A stretch of DNA of 39,868 nucleotides from a virus (lineage: Duplodnaviria; Caudoviricetes), in IMG/VR virus record IMGVR_UViG_3300023105_001971, positions 1 to 39,868 of that record; one strand, given 5' to 3'. The first letter of the stretch is position 1. Each line of letters begins with the position of its first letter. Both the position numbers and the translations under genes were made by a program. Under the pieces are notes generated by a model. The model worked only from the letters and a program-made list of their open reading frames with translations. It was not told the origin of the DNA and ran no database searches. Shown piece after piece: positions 18,854 to 28,486 of this stretch.

Positions 18854-19452
18854 AACTAGATGATGTGGCATTTTGGATGGATGCTGTACGCAACAGTGAA
18901 AATCCTTATAGTGTACTAGAAAGTTTCTGGAAAGGACAACTTAAAAGCAAAGAGTGGCTTATAAACAGTTTGTTTTCTTGCGTAGACGAAAGCGTACCAC
19001 AGAACATTGTTATTCACGGCGGTTGGAATGGTGTATTAGCATGTATGTTTTTTAACAGCAGTATTAACACTGGATTTGTTCGCAGTATTGATATTGACGA
19101 AAGTTGCGAAGAAATAGCAAACATGATTTGCAAACGTCAAGAAATGATTGGCAACTTTCGTGCTGTTACTGCTGATATGTGTACTTACGAATACGAGTTT
19201 GATCCCGAAATTGTAATCAATACCAGTACAGAACATATCTCGCAAGAACAATATGATATTTGGCTCGAGCGTGTTCCTGACAACAGTCTTGTAGTATTGC
19301 AAAGCAACAATTATTATGATTTGCCTGAGCACATACGCTGTTTTGACACAGTTGAAGATTTTGCTGCCCACAGTGGATTGTCATATATAATTAAGCAAGA
19401 AACATTAGAACTGCCGCTGTACAATAGATTCTTGCTAATAGGACGCAAATGA
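18844..19452 (+). CDS. Class I SAM-dependent methyltransferase-like protein
   Basis: Motif I-like 'IVIHGGWNG', 'SIDID', 'DM', 'INTSTEH', 'LQSNN', 'RFLLIG'; paralog of the C-terminal domain of 34253..35302. Confidence 0.75.
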   Translation: MLVELDDVAFWMDAVRNSENPYSVLESFWKGQLKSKEWLINSLFSCVDESVPQNIVIHGGWNGVLACMFFNSSINTGFVRSIDIDESCEEIANMICKRQEMIGNFRAVTADMCTYEYEFDPEIVINTSTEHISQEQYDIWLERVPDNSLVVLQSNNYYDLPEHIRCFDTVEDFAAHSGLSYIIKQETLELPLYNRFLLIGRK

Positions 19453-20831
19453 GCACACAAAATTTTATTGAATTATTTAAAACTGGTTTAGAAGACCGTA
19501 CAACAAAAAGTTTTTGTGTCTTACCGTGGATTCATATGGCAACACGACCTAACGGAGATATGCGGTTGTGTTGCAGTGCTAACGCAAGCGGCGCTGGTAC
19601 AGATCACACAGTAGGACTTGTAAAAAATCAAGGACAAGTTGTAAATTTTGCATCTACAACACCTATGGATGCATGGAACAGTGATTATATGTGCGAAACA
19701 AGACGCACTATGATGGCAGGAGAAGTTCCTGCAAGTTGTACAAAATGTTTTGCAGAAGAAAGCAAAGGTGTAGTTAGTAAACGCTTGTGGGAAACCAGCA
19801 CATGGATTGAGCGTGGTGTAAAAGTCGAAGACTTGCTCAACAATACTACCGAAGATGGTAAAGTGCGAGAGCAAATTAAATATTTAGATTTACGTTTAGG
19901 GCATACTTGTAATATTAAATGTGTGATGTGTTCACCGCATGATAGTAGTAAGTGGGTCAAAGATTGGAAAGTACTTGAACCACAGTTAGAAGATCCTGAA
20001 GTAAAACGACAAATGCAATGGGATAAAAATGCATTTGACAACAAGTGGCATGAAAATGAAATCTTTTGGGATCAACTGTATAAACAAATACCTTATTTAG
20101 AAGAAGTTTACTTTGCTGGCGGCGAACCTCTTATGATTGCTGAACATAAGAAGTTTATTGAAGAAATTGTTCGCAGTGGACATAACAAACATATTAGATT
20201 ACGATATAACACAAATGGTATACTTGTAGATGAAGAACTTATTGATTTGTGGAAAAATTTTGAATTAGTTAAAGTTGGAATCAGTATGGATGCTGCTGGT
20301 CCGAGAAACAATTATATTCGTTATCCTACCAATTGGGAAACTGTAGAAAGCAACTTGCACATGCTAGACAATACACCGGATAATATTCGTCCTAGTATTG
20401 CAACTGCATTACAAATTTTTAATATAAAACATTTGCCAGATTTTGTACACTGGAAAATAAGCAGTGAATTTAGAAAAGTTAACACCGAAGAAGTACGTGG
20501 TATTATGGCAGGCGGCGGTTTAATGAATATGCATCTGCTTTATATTCCAACATTTCTAAGTATACAAATTTTACCAGAAGAAGATAAAAAAGAAATACGT
20601 GAATTGTTTTACAGTTTTAAAGGTTGGCTTGAACAAGTACATTTAAATGACAACAGTTTCTTTACTACTAATCCTTACGGATGGAAACGTTGGGAAGCAA
20701 TATTAAATCATATGGACAGTGCTGATAACAGTCATTTGTTACCAGGCTTTAAAGAATATGTAAACAAGTTAGACGCAATTAGGGGTGTGAGTGCTAAAAC
20801 AGTGTTTCCTGAACTTGCACATTTATTATGA
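19449..20831 (+). CDS. Radical SAM protein, long type
   Basis: FCVLPW...LCC...CTKC, CNIKCVMC, AGGEP, 'YIRYP', FPEL; close paralog of 37387..38802. Confidence 0.9.
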   Translation: MSTQNFIELFKTGLEDRTTKSFCVLPWIHMATRPNGDMRLCCSANASGAGTDHTVGLVKNQGQVVNFASTTPMDAWNSDYMCETRRTMMAGEVPASCTKCFAEESKGVVSKRLWETSTWIERGVKVEDLLNNTTEDGKVREQIKYLDLRLGHTCNIKCVMCSPHDSSKWVKDWKVLEPQLEDPEVKRQMQWDKNAFDNKWHENEIFWDQLYKQIPYLEEVYFAGGEPLMIAEHKKFIEEIVRSGHNKHIRLRYNTNGILVDEELIDLWKNFELVKVGISMDAAGPRNNYIRYPTNWETVESNLHMLDNTPDNIRPSIATALQIFNIKHLPDFVHWKISSEFRKVNTEEVRGIMAGGGLMNMHLLYIPTFLSIQILPEEDKKEIRELFYSFKGWLEQVHLNDNSFFTTNPYGWKRWEAILNHMDSADNSHLLPGFKEYVNKLDAIRGVSAKTVFPELAHLL

Positions 20832-21745
20832 TACACAGTATACAAAATTTAGATACAGATTTTACAATTGAATTTGAATTGGGCAACGTTTGTAATTTCA
20901 AATGTAACTATTGCTTTCCTGGTAGTAACGAAGGCAATCGTTTATGGCCAGACATTGAAACAGTTGACAAAGCATTGTTAACATATATAAAACGTCATGG
21001 CAGAAAAACAAGACTTTATTTAATTGGCGGTGAGCCGACACTGTGGAAACACCTGCCAAGATTTTGCACCAACATTAAAATGGCACATGATGTAACAATC
21101 AACATCAGTACAAATGCAAGTAAAAAAATGAATTGGTGGAAAAAATATTGGAGCAGTTTTGATGTAGTTAACATCAGTGTGCATCACGAATTTAGCAATA
21201 TACAGCATTGTATTGACGTTGCCGACATGTTGTATGAAAACGGTGTTGAAGTTAACATTGATGTATTAATGGATCCGGCACACTTTGAAAAGTGTAAAGA
21301 CATTGTTGAACAATGTAAAACAAGTAACAATTTGTTTCCTATTATTGCAAAGACAGTAGTATATAATGGCAATCATATGTATAACAGTGAACAATTGGAA
21401 TACATGGAAACTTTTATAAAACGTTATCCTGATTTAGTTTGGTATAATAAAGTATTAAGACGTCCGCACACACAATATATGATAGATGGCAATCTTGAAA
21501 CCAACAACAGTTATTTAATTAATAACAATTTAAATCATTTTAAAGGATGGAAATGTAATTTGGGTGTTGACCTTGTAAAAATTGATTCTTATGGTAATGT
21601 AAAAGGTAACTGTGGACAAGATTTAAATTTAAATATATACAATCTAAAAGGTTTTGAAATTAACCCAGTTATATGTGAACAAGAAACGTGTCCGTGTGCC
21701 GGCGAAACTATTGTAACCAAATGGAAATGCAATGACTACTTTTGA
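20828..21745 (+). CDS. Radical SAM protein, short type
   Basis: CNFKCNYC, IGGEPT, 'SVHHE', C-terminal GWKC...NC...CEQETCPC. Confidence 0.9.
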   Translation: MIHSIQNLDTDFTIEFELGNVCNFKCNYCFPGSNEGNRLWPDIETVDKALLTYIKRHGRKTRLYLIGGEPTLWKHLPRFCTNIKMAHDVTINISTNASKKMNWWKKYWSSFDVVNISVHHEFSNIQHCIDVADMLYENGVEVNIDVLMDPAHFEKCKDIVEQCKTSNNLFPIIAKTVVYNGNHMYNSEQLEYMETFIKRYPDLVWYNKVLRRPHTQYMIDGNLETNNSYLINNNLNHFKGWKCNLGVDLVKIDSYGNVKGNCGQDLNLNIYNLKGFEINPVICEQETCPCAGETIVTKWKCNDYF

Positions 21746-22790
21746 TACATTAATACCGGCAAAAAGAATAAGTTTTCAAATTGCTTGGGAAAGTACACTC
21801 AAGTGTAATTTAGATTGCAGTTATTGCGGCGACGGTCATGACAATAAAACAGAGCATCCTGCATTTGCAGAATGTTTAGATACTGTAGATTTTATTTACA
21901 AGTATGTTGATGTAAAAATGCAGCAGCGTCCAGAATCACAGCGTTTTGCAAATTTAAATATACAAGGCGGAGAAAGTATTTTTCATCCAAGAATTTTAGA
22001 TATACTAAAGTATGTAAACGAAAAGCGTAAAAACTACAATTGGTATATGGGTGTAGCAACTATTACAAACGCTGTTATTGGTCCTAACTTATGGAATAGG
22101 GTAGTTGAATATATAGATTATTTTACAATAAGTTATCATCCAGAGGCACCTGCTAAAAGCAAAGAACTTGTAAAAAACAATATTTTATATCTTATAGACA
22201 AACAAAAAACATTTCATGTTAGTGTAATGATGCACCCTAAACATTGGGATGATTGTATTGAATTTATTGAATGGTGCAAACAGCATGATATAAAATACAA
22301 TGCTAGACAGATTGATCATCATTGGTTAGACATGCGTTTTAATTACAACGCTGAACAAAGTGAATACCTAATTGGACGTAAAGTTACAACAAAAGATAAA
22401 ATTTTATATGGTTTAGCAAAAGGACTTAATCTAAGTAAAACAGGTAGAGCATGTTGCGGCGGTAATACGTTGTGTGCTGGTGGATGTGAGACAAACTATG
22501 TAGAAGGCAACAATTTTAAAAACTGGCATTGCAGTGTAGCAGATTACTTTTTGTATATTAGACAAGTAACTGGAGAAGTATTCACTAACAAAGATTGTAA
22601 AATGAATTACAATGGCAATGTTGGACCAATTGGTTATTTGTATGATACTAATAGTATTTTAGAAAATATGCATAACAACGGTGTAGTTTGTAAAAAATCT
22701 AGTTGTTGGTGCGGATTATGTGCGCCAAAGGCACGTAATAAAGAATTGTTTATTGATGCCATGAAGGCAAGTCAAGATCTTCCCAGTTAG
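21732..22790 (+). CDS. Radical SAM protein, short type with extended Cys-rich C-terminus
   Basis: CNLDCSYC, QGGES, 'SYHPE', RACCGG..C...C, WHC...DC...CKKSSCWCGLC. Confidence 0.9.
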   Translation: MTTFDTLIPAKRISFQIAWESTLKCNLDCSYCGDGHDNKTEHPAFAECLDTVDFIYKYVDVKMQQRPESQRFANLNIQGGESIFHPRILDILKYVNEKRKNYNWYMGVATITNAVIGPNLWNRVVEYIDYFTISYHPEAPAKSKELVKNNILYLIDKQKTFHVSVMMHPKHWDDCIEFIEWCKQHDIKYNARQIDHHWLDMRFNYNAEQSEYLIGRKVTTKDKILYGLAKGLNLSKTGRACCGGNTLCAGGCETNYVEGNNFKNWHCSVADYFLYIRQVTGEVFTNKDCKMNYNGNVGPIGYLYDTNSILENMHNNGVVCKKSSCWCGLCAPKARNKELFIDAMKASQDLPS

Positions 22791-23907
22791 TATAAGTTAA
22801 ATCTTTAACACATCCTGTTTCGGGTTTCCATTTTTCTATACCTTCTGCTGCACGTTTATCAAAAATAACAGTAGCATGAGGCAAGTTGTCTTTTAAAAGT
22901 TTAATTAATTTATTTTCTTGTTTTAATCTATATTCTAAAGGTAAAAAAGCAACAGTACCTTCGTATGCAAATATATTACTCATATCGATTACGGTTGCAT
23001 GTTGATCTTCAGTAGGAATAATTTGAATAAACTTTTCAGGTTCGTGCAAAGGATCTAATAAATATCCACCGCCTACATTATCTAATGCACGTTGATTATA
23101 ATCATAGTAAATAATTTCTGCTTCGTGTCCGTGTAAACGTTTTTTTGCTGCATCGGCATTAGCAATAGTAACTAAATGTCTAATCGGAGTGTTGTATTTT
23201 CTTGGATACTTCTCTGCTTCGCCAGTTGCTTGCGTATGAACATGTTGGGTTAAGCAGTAATTGTATTTTTGAAATACGTAAGGATCGATTTCTTCTCTGT
23301 AAATGTAGTGTTTGTTAGATCTACAAATTGTATCATATGCTTCAATTGGCAAATCAATAGATAAGAATGCACTAATTAAATTCCAACCGTGAATTTTATG
23401 TTTATACAATAATTGTTTTGTGCCCATGTTTAACCATGTAGGCAAATAATCATCGTGTACATTTGTGTGACTTCTAAAAGGAGCAATCTGACTGTGCGGT
23501 GATAATGGTTGATCTTCACCAACTTTAGGACATCCTATTTTTTTATAGTTCTCTAAGTTTATACTGTAACATTGATAGTGTAAACCAAAGTATGCATCAC
23601 CGCCATCTAAAATATGACCTATTATACCATCAAACGTAGGATGGTTTGCAAAAAAACTGTCACCGTTGGTAAATTCATTAGCAGCACTTGATACTACTGC
23701 ATATGTATACTTGTCTGCTACTAACCGAAGCATTTTGTCTTCATTTTTATCAACATAAACATCATAACCCATGCCGGTTAGATTGGTAATAGTGTAGTCA
23801 GCACGATTTTTGACAATTTCTTTTGCCATGCCTTTATACTTGTCTGTGTCATCTACAATACAGACACACCATTTTTTACTTTTAAATTTGGCTTGATATA
23901 CGTTCAT
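22750..23907 (-). CDS. Hypothetical protein (385 aa)
   Basis: Long ORF coupled to the upstream oxygenase; motifs 'GHILD...LHYQC', 'YYDYN', 'DMSNIF' not confidently assignable. Confidence 0.65.
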   Translation of the reverse strand: MNVYQAKFKSKKWCVCIVDDTDKYKGMAKEIVKNRADYTITNLTGMGYDVYVDKNEDKMLRLVADKYTYAVVSSAANEFTNGDSFFANHPTFDGIIGHILDGGDAYFGLHYQCYSINLENYKKIGCPKVGEDQPLSPHSQIAPFRSHTNVHDDYLPTWLNMGTKQLLYKHKIHGWNLISAFLSIDLPIEAYDTICRSNKHYIYREEIDPYVFQKYNYCLTQHVHTQATGEAEKYPRKYNTPIRHLVTIANADAAKKRLHGHEAEIIYYDYNQRALDNVGGGYLLDPLHEPEKFIQIIPTEDQHATVIDMSNIFAYEGTVAFLPLEYRLKQENKLIKLLKDNLPHATVIFDKRAAEGIEKWKPETGCVKDLTYTNWEDLDLPSWHQ

Positions 23908-24628
23908 GTTGTTTTTCGTAACTTCTAACTAGCATTTCACAGAAGTCTTGTTTCCTGTTACCTAAATGACAATGTGCAATCAAGTGTGTGCGACTTTGTC
24001 TACTCAAGTTAACTACACTATGATCTTTAAAAATGTTAACCATAAACATTTTTCCAGTAGCAAAAGGCACACAACCTGAATCTTTTAGTGTCATATAACA
24101 ATCTTTTGGATGATCAATTGCTACGTTTATTGGCAACGGAGCATCTAATATATTTTCCATATCGATTACTGGACTAAAATCATTGTGAGGACTAACACTT
24201 CCGAGTTGTGCTAATCGCATAAATCTAATACGTGCATAACTTTCACTTGGAAAAACATTTTTAAAAAAATTCTTTATATTTTTACATTTTTTGCCTAGTG
24301 AAGTCCAAATATACTCTGGTTCTTTTTCATAACCATAGGTTTGCCATACATTTGTTTTGTCAACATCAATACCGTGAAGTGTGCAACTTTCCCAACCAAC
24401 ATGTGTTCCTTCACCTATATGAATATCTCTATGTGAAACATATTGGTATTCGGCAAACTTAGAATCTTCTTGCCATGCATGAACATTAAAAATAGTATCT
24501 AGTTCGACCCACTGATATCCGTTGCCACATAATATCCATTTTGCTTGATCGATAACATCGTAGTCAGGCAATGGCTTAGGTGTTACAGGATGATCTTTGT
24601 GATCTAAATAAAAATTATGAGCGTTCAT
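23882..24628 (-). CDS. 2OG-Fe(II) oxygenase, aspartyl/asparaginyl beta-hydroxylase-like
   Basis: 'RIRFMRL...GSVSPHND' (HxD), distal 'HSVVN...RTHLI' (His and 2OG-binding Arg). Confidence 0.8.
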   Translation of the reverse strand: MNAHNFYLDHKDHPVTPKPLPDYDVIDQAKWILCGNGYQWVELDTIFNVHAWQEDSKFAEYQYVSHRDIHIGEGTHVGWESCTLHGIDVDKTNVWQTYGYEKEPEYIWTSLGKKCKNIKNFFKNVFPSESYARIRFMRLAQLGSVSPHNDFSPVIDMENILDAPLPINVAIDHPKDCYMTLKDSGCVPFATGKMFMVNIFKDHSVVNLSRQSRTHLIAHCHLGNRKQDFCEMLVRSYEKQHERISSQI

Positions 24629-24632
24629 GCTG

Positions 24633-24640
24633 TATTTATT
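24633..24640 (-). promoter_or_regulatory. AATAAATA late-promoter-like motif
   Basis: AATAAATA-CAGC-ATG (24628) in one of the few intergenic gaps; no SD. Confidence 0.6.
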
Positions 24641-24651
24641 AAGTGCGCAGT

Positions 24652-25698
24652 TTATAATGTCTTAAACACGGACAAACTTTTTGCTTTTGGAACACACATT
24701 CCACATCCACAACGCTGTTTTGGACATTTGATTATTCTATTTCTATTTTCAAATGCATAATTTAATATACCTTCTGTATTTGATAGTCTACCAATTGGTC
24801 CTACTCTTCCACTAAAACTAGTTTGACAAGTTTGATGATGATATACTTTTCCAGTGTGTTGATCAATGTGTAAGAAATACTTGTTAACAGCACAATACCA
24901 TCCTTTAAAGTTGGTATTTACTGCTTCTATTTTTTGCCAACAGCCGTTGCAACTGCCTTCTATACTTCTAGCACCACAACAACCCCGTGGTAATTCAGTG
25001 CCATTTGCTATTTTATCTACAATGTCTGTAGGTAATCCTTTTTCAGTAAGATACCATTGTTGCTGTTCTACTGTATATGGATGACTTGTTCTACGTTTTA
25101 CACCTTCGCTGTCGTCAAACCATTCTGTAAAACCAAAATTACCGTCGCCTATCATTGTAGGTTTGCTGTCAATGCCCAATGCTTTTAATTTTTCATGCAC
25201 TTCAACACATTCTGCCCAATGGTCTGTGTGCATCATTACATTAACTGTTAACCAAATTCCTGCATTGTGTACTAATTCTGCATTGCGTATTGTTCTTTCT
25301 TTACTAAACAAGTTTGCTTCAGCATGATAACTTAAAGTAATACCTACAAAGTTGTCTTTAATAAAGTCAATATGTTTTTCTGGCCATGTTCCGTTGCTGG
25401 TCATTCCAATTTGGAAATCAGTTTCGTTACGTATTTTTTCCACAAAACGCCAAAAGTCTGGATTTACCGTAGGTTCGCCTCCTGTAAATCCTATGTTAGC
25501 ATTGGGTTGATTGTATAATTGAGTGTATTGTTTAATAAAATCAAGAGTGTCACACAATTCATTCCAACTTGTAGGTGGACTATATGTATTGTGTCGAGTA
25601 CTTTCGCAATAAGTGCAATCAAAGTTACACCTACGTCCAATATCCCAAGTTACCATCATAGGTTCTGGTTTGGTTAATTTAATTGCATCTACTTCCAT
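24652..25698 (-). CDS. Radical SAM protein, short type (paralog of 21732..22790)
   Basis: CNFDCTYC, TGGEPT, 'SYHAE', RGCCG...C..C, WYC...TC...CPKQRCGCGMC; ATG 25698 preferred over track start 25746. Confidence 0.9.
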   Translation of the reverse strand: MEVDAIKLTKPEPMMVTWDIGRRCNFDCTYCESTRHNTYSPPTSWNELCDTLDFIKQYTQLYNQPNANIGFTGGEPTVNPDFWRFVEKIRNETDFQIGMTSNGTWPEKHIDFIKDNFVGITLSYHAEANLFSKERTIRNAELVHNAGIWLTVNVMMHTDHWAECVEVHEKLKALGIDSKPTMIGDGNFGFTEWFDDSEGVKRRTSHPYTVEQQQWYLTEKGLPTDIVDKIANGTELPRGCCGARSIEGSCNGCWQKIEAVNTNFKGWYCAVNKYFLHIDQHTGKVYHHQTCQTSFSGRVGPIGRLSNTEGILNYAFENRNRIIKCPKQRCGCGMCVPKAKSLSVFKTL

Positions 25699-26585
25699 TT
25701 TGTAATATTCACATCTGCTGCACAAGTACACCATTCTCGGGTGCATGTAATTGGCTCTTCAGGTAGTTCAAATGTATCGTCGTATATATTTCCTAAACTG
25801 CCACCTACTCTACAAGTGGCTCTGTGTACATCGCCGTTCCAGTTAATCATTAAACTTTCTAATCCTGCATTACAATTCCAGCCTTTGAATTGATTTCTAT
25901 GTTCTTTTATTAAATCGTTAGCATGTACTAATTCAAAGTCGTCAACTAGTGTATTAGGCTGTGCAGTTGCAGTGTTATTTAATATCCATTCTAAATCTTG
26001 TCCGTTATAACGTAAATCATCAAACCAATCATGTTTTTCTGTCCAACGTATACGTCTTATTGTATAAGATATATTATGTCCTGTTAAAAAACTTGCTGCA
26101 TATTTTACTTTATCCATGTGATCGTGGTGCGCCATTATAGCAACATGGTAGTCTTTAGGAAATTTAATACTTTCTTCGCCTGAAGCAAACCCAATAATAT
26201 TAGTTAAACTACGTTTCCAGTTTTCATCTTCCAAGTGTAAACTAAAAACAATATAATTTACAGGTATTCTTTCATAAAAATCTGATGTTCGTGTTGCATT
26301 AGTTGTAACACTTAGCCATTTAATTTTGGGTCTTGCATATTCTAGCAAATCTTCTATTGCAGGATGAACACATGGTTCTCCTCCTGTGAAACTAATTCTT
26401 GCATTTTTAAGATTTGCAAGTTTATCAACTGTGTGCATTAATTTGTCTAGTCTTGTATGCGGTGAAAAATTATCATGTATTTCTGCAGGACAATATGTGC
26501 AATCTAAGTTACAGCGTTTACCCAAATTCCATTCAATTTTTACACTATCTGCGTAATGGTTCCAGCGATTTTCAACTCTATACAT
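25689..26585 (-). CDS. Radical SAM protein, short type
   Basis: CNLDCTYC, TGGEPC, 'SLHLE', GWNC...TC...CTREWCTC; ATG 26585 after GGAG. Confidence 0.9.
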   Translation of the reverse strand: MYRVENRWNHYADSVKIEWNLGKRCNLDCTYCPAEIHDNFSPHTRLDKLMHTVDKLANLKNARISFTGGEPCVHPAIEDLLEYARPKIKWLSVTTNATRTSDFYERIPVNYIVFSLHLEDENWKRSLTNIIGFASGEESIKFPKDYHVAIMAHHDHMDKVKYAASFLTGHNISYTIRRIRWTEKHDWFDDLRYNGQDLEWILNNTATAQPNTLVDDFELVHANDLIKEHRNQFKGWNCNAGLESLMINWNGDVHRATCRVGGSLGNIYDDTFELPEEPITCTREWCTCAADVNITKWK

Positions 26586-27849
26586 ATTGAACAAACTCCG
26601 GATTTACATTTAAAAAGTTTTGATTGCGTGTCTTATCTAATGCACGGTTAAAATTTACACAATCATTCCAATACTGACTCAAATCTTTTGCTTCTAAAAA
26701 GTTAATGTTGTCGGATATTTGCCTCTCAGTAACAGATATAAGAGCAGGATTACTTCGTACAATTGGATAATCACGGAAGGTTTTTTGTATGGTTTGTAGT
26801 TCTCCAATAACTTTCTCCTTTAACGGTTGAGGTATTACTTGAGCACTGAGTGCTCTTGGATATGTTACTCTGTGTGAGTAAAACACAATACCCATGTTAT
26901 TTAAGAAATAATCAATACATCTAGGTAGTTGTAAAATATTGTTTGCTTGTACAGTAAATGCTCCAACAATGTAGTCTACGTTACTAAAACTTTTGAATAC
27001 TTTTATATTTTCTTCGACTTCTTCAAAAGATCCATTGCCTCTTATGTATTCATATACATCACCAATACCGTCAATGCTAACATTTACAACTACACGTTTG
27101 AACTTAGGCCAGTAATCGTGTATACTACGTCCTTTAATGCCCAGTGTAGTTCCGTTGGTTGCATATTTTAGTTCTATGTTTTTGCCGTAAGGTGCCATCA
27201 TATCTAAAATTTTATAATGCATTGGATCCATTAATGGTTCGCCACCAGCAAATTCAATACGTCTAAAATATGGAATAAGTTTTTCTAAATTATCCCAAAA
27301 GTCATCACGTTCTTCAAACAAGCCTACATATGGGTGCTGCATTAGGTTGAGTTTTTTTACAGCATCTACTAGATAGTTTCCTTCGTCTTTGTAAAACTGT
27401 TCAACTTCTTGCCAGTCTTTCCATTGTGTACTATCTAGTGGGTTACACATACGACATTTGAGGTTACACAAGTTGTTTATTTTGATTTCTATTGTAGGAA
27501 ATTCAAATGGCATACTGTAATCATCACGCAAACTGTCTAATGCGTTAGGATACAGGTTGCAACGTGCATCTGGAAAACTATCTCGTATGTGACGTTGTCT
27601 TAAACTTTCAACACCTTGGTCTTCCAAGTTAAAACACGGTTCACATGCAGCCGGACGTTCACCACACAACACTTGTCTGCGTATTTCACGCATTGTACCG
27701 TTGTTCCAAATTTCCTCTAAACTGTTATTTTGTATCCAGCCAACAGGCAAACTACGACAACAGGCTTTTACTGCGCCATCTTCTCGTGTAGCAAGTCCTG
27801 TAAACGGATGTAAACAAAATGTTTTACTTGGATGTAAGGATTTTGACAA
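26578..27849 (-). CDS. Radical SAM protein, long type
   Basis: FCLHPF...ACC...CEPC, CNLKCRMC, AGGEP, 'YIRG', C-terminal LDKTRNQ...PEF. Confidence 0.9.
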   Translation of the reverse strand: MSKSLHPSKTFCLHPFTGLATREDGAVKACCRSLPVGWIQNNSLEEIWNNGTMREIRRQVLCGERPAACEPCFNLEDQGVESLRQRHIRDSFPDARCNLYPNALDSLRDDYSMPFEFPTIEIKINNLCNLKCRMCNPLDSTQWKDWQEVEQFYKDEGNYLVDAVKKLNLMQHPYVGLFEERDDFWDNLEKLIPYFRRIEFAGGEPLMDPMHYKILDMMAPYGKNIELKYATNGTTLGIKGRSIHDYWPKFKRVVVNVSIDGIGDVYEYIRGNGSFEEVEENIKVFKSFSNVDYIVGAFTVQANNILQLPRCIDYFLNNMGIVFYSHRVTYPRALSAQVIPQPLKEKVIGELQTIQKTFRDYPIVRSNPALISVTERQISDNINFLEAKDLSQYWNDCVNFNRALDKTRNQNFLNVNPEFVQYV

Positions 27850-28486
27850 GTTCTTTACCTAAAATTTTATTACTGTATGCATTTGGATGATATCCGTCAG
27901 GCCAAAAGTACTCCTGAAATGGTTCTGATTCCATTTTTAATTGTTGTTCTCTGTTTTCTAGCCAAACACGTGACATGTCTTTACTACAATTATCAAAGTT
28001 AAGCATACCACCCCATCCACTATCCCACAATCTAGGATGATTGTATTTTCCATCACTTACTAATTCACTAACACTGTGAATAATTATGTTACTATCGTTT
28101 CTGTGTTTTAAACTATGACATCCGCCTATAAGTTTTATGTTTGCTTCGAAAGAATTTGCTGATTGTATTGTTGATTCTAATAATGTTTCGTTTGCTTTTA
28201 TTAGTTCGTCGGCAGTTAAAAAGTCGTTTACATAAAAACTATAATGTTTCTTGGGATTCGTTATATCTCTAAAAGGATCTGTTACAAAGAATAACACTAC
28301 ATCGTAATCATGATGATGCTTTGCAATATTAAACAGGGCTTCTTGATTGTTCCATCCCCACATAACATCTACTTCAGCAATTTTGTTTAATTGTTTTACA
28401 TAACCTGGTCCAGTATTTACGTGTTTACCACCGCGAATATCCCAAATACCAGCCGCCCAACTATCGCCTACGCTAAGAATACGCAT
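27824..28486 (-). CDS. SGNH/GDSL hydrolase-like protein (canonical GDS)
   Basis: 'MRILSVGDSWAAG' and C-terminal 'PDGYHPN' (DxxH); ATG 28486 preferred over 28543. Confidence 0.75.
   Translation of the reverse strand: MRILSVGDSWAAGIWDIRGGKHVNTGPGYVKQLNKIAEVDVMWGWNNQEALFNIAKHHHDYDVVLFFVTDPFRDITNPKKHYSFYVNDFLTADELIKANETLLESTIQSANSFEANIKLIGGCHSLKHRNDSNIIIHSVSELVSDGKYNHPRLWDSGWGGMLNFDNCSKDMSRVWLENREQQLKMESEPFQEYFWPDGYHPNAYSNKILGKELVKILTSK

Noticed and set aside
356-19452. Ordinary bacterial O-antigen or capsule locus
   Set aside because: No membrane proteins (Wzx, Wzy, Wzm/Wzt, initiating phosphoglycosyl transferase) or nucleotidyltransferase; frequent strand switching and phage-like promoters
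7968-26585. Calling the short radical SAMs viperin, MoaA, QueE or NrdG
   Set aside because: They lack the viperin N-x-H motif before CX3CX2C and the MoaA C-terminal GG, carry a Cys-rich tail absent from QueE and NrdG, and have no cognate pathway genes nearby
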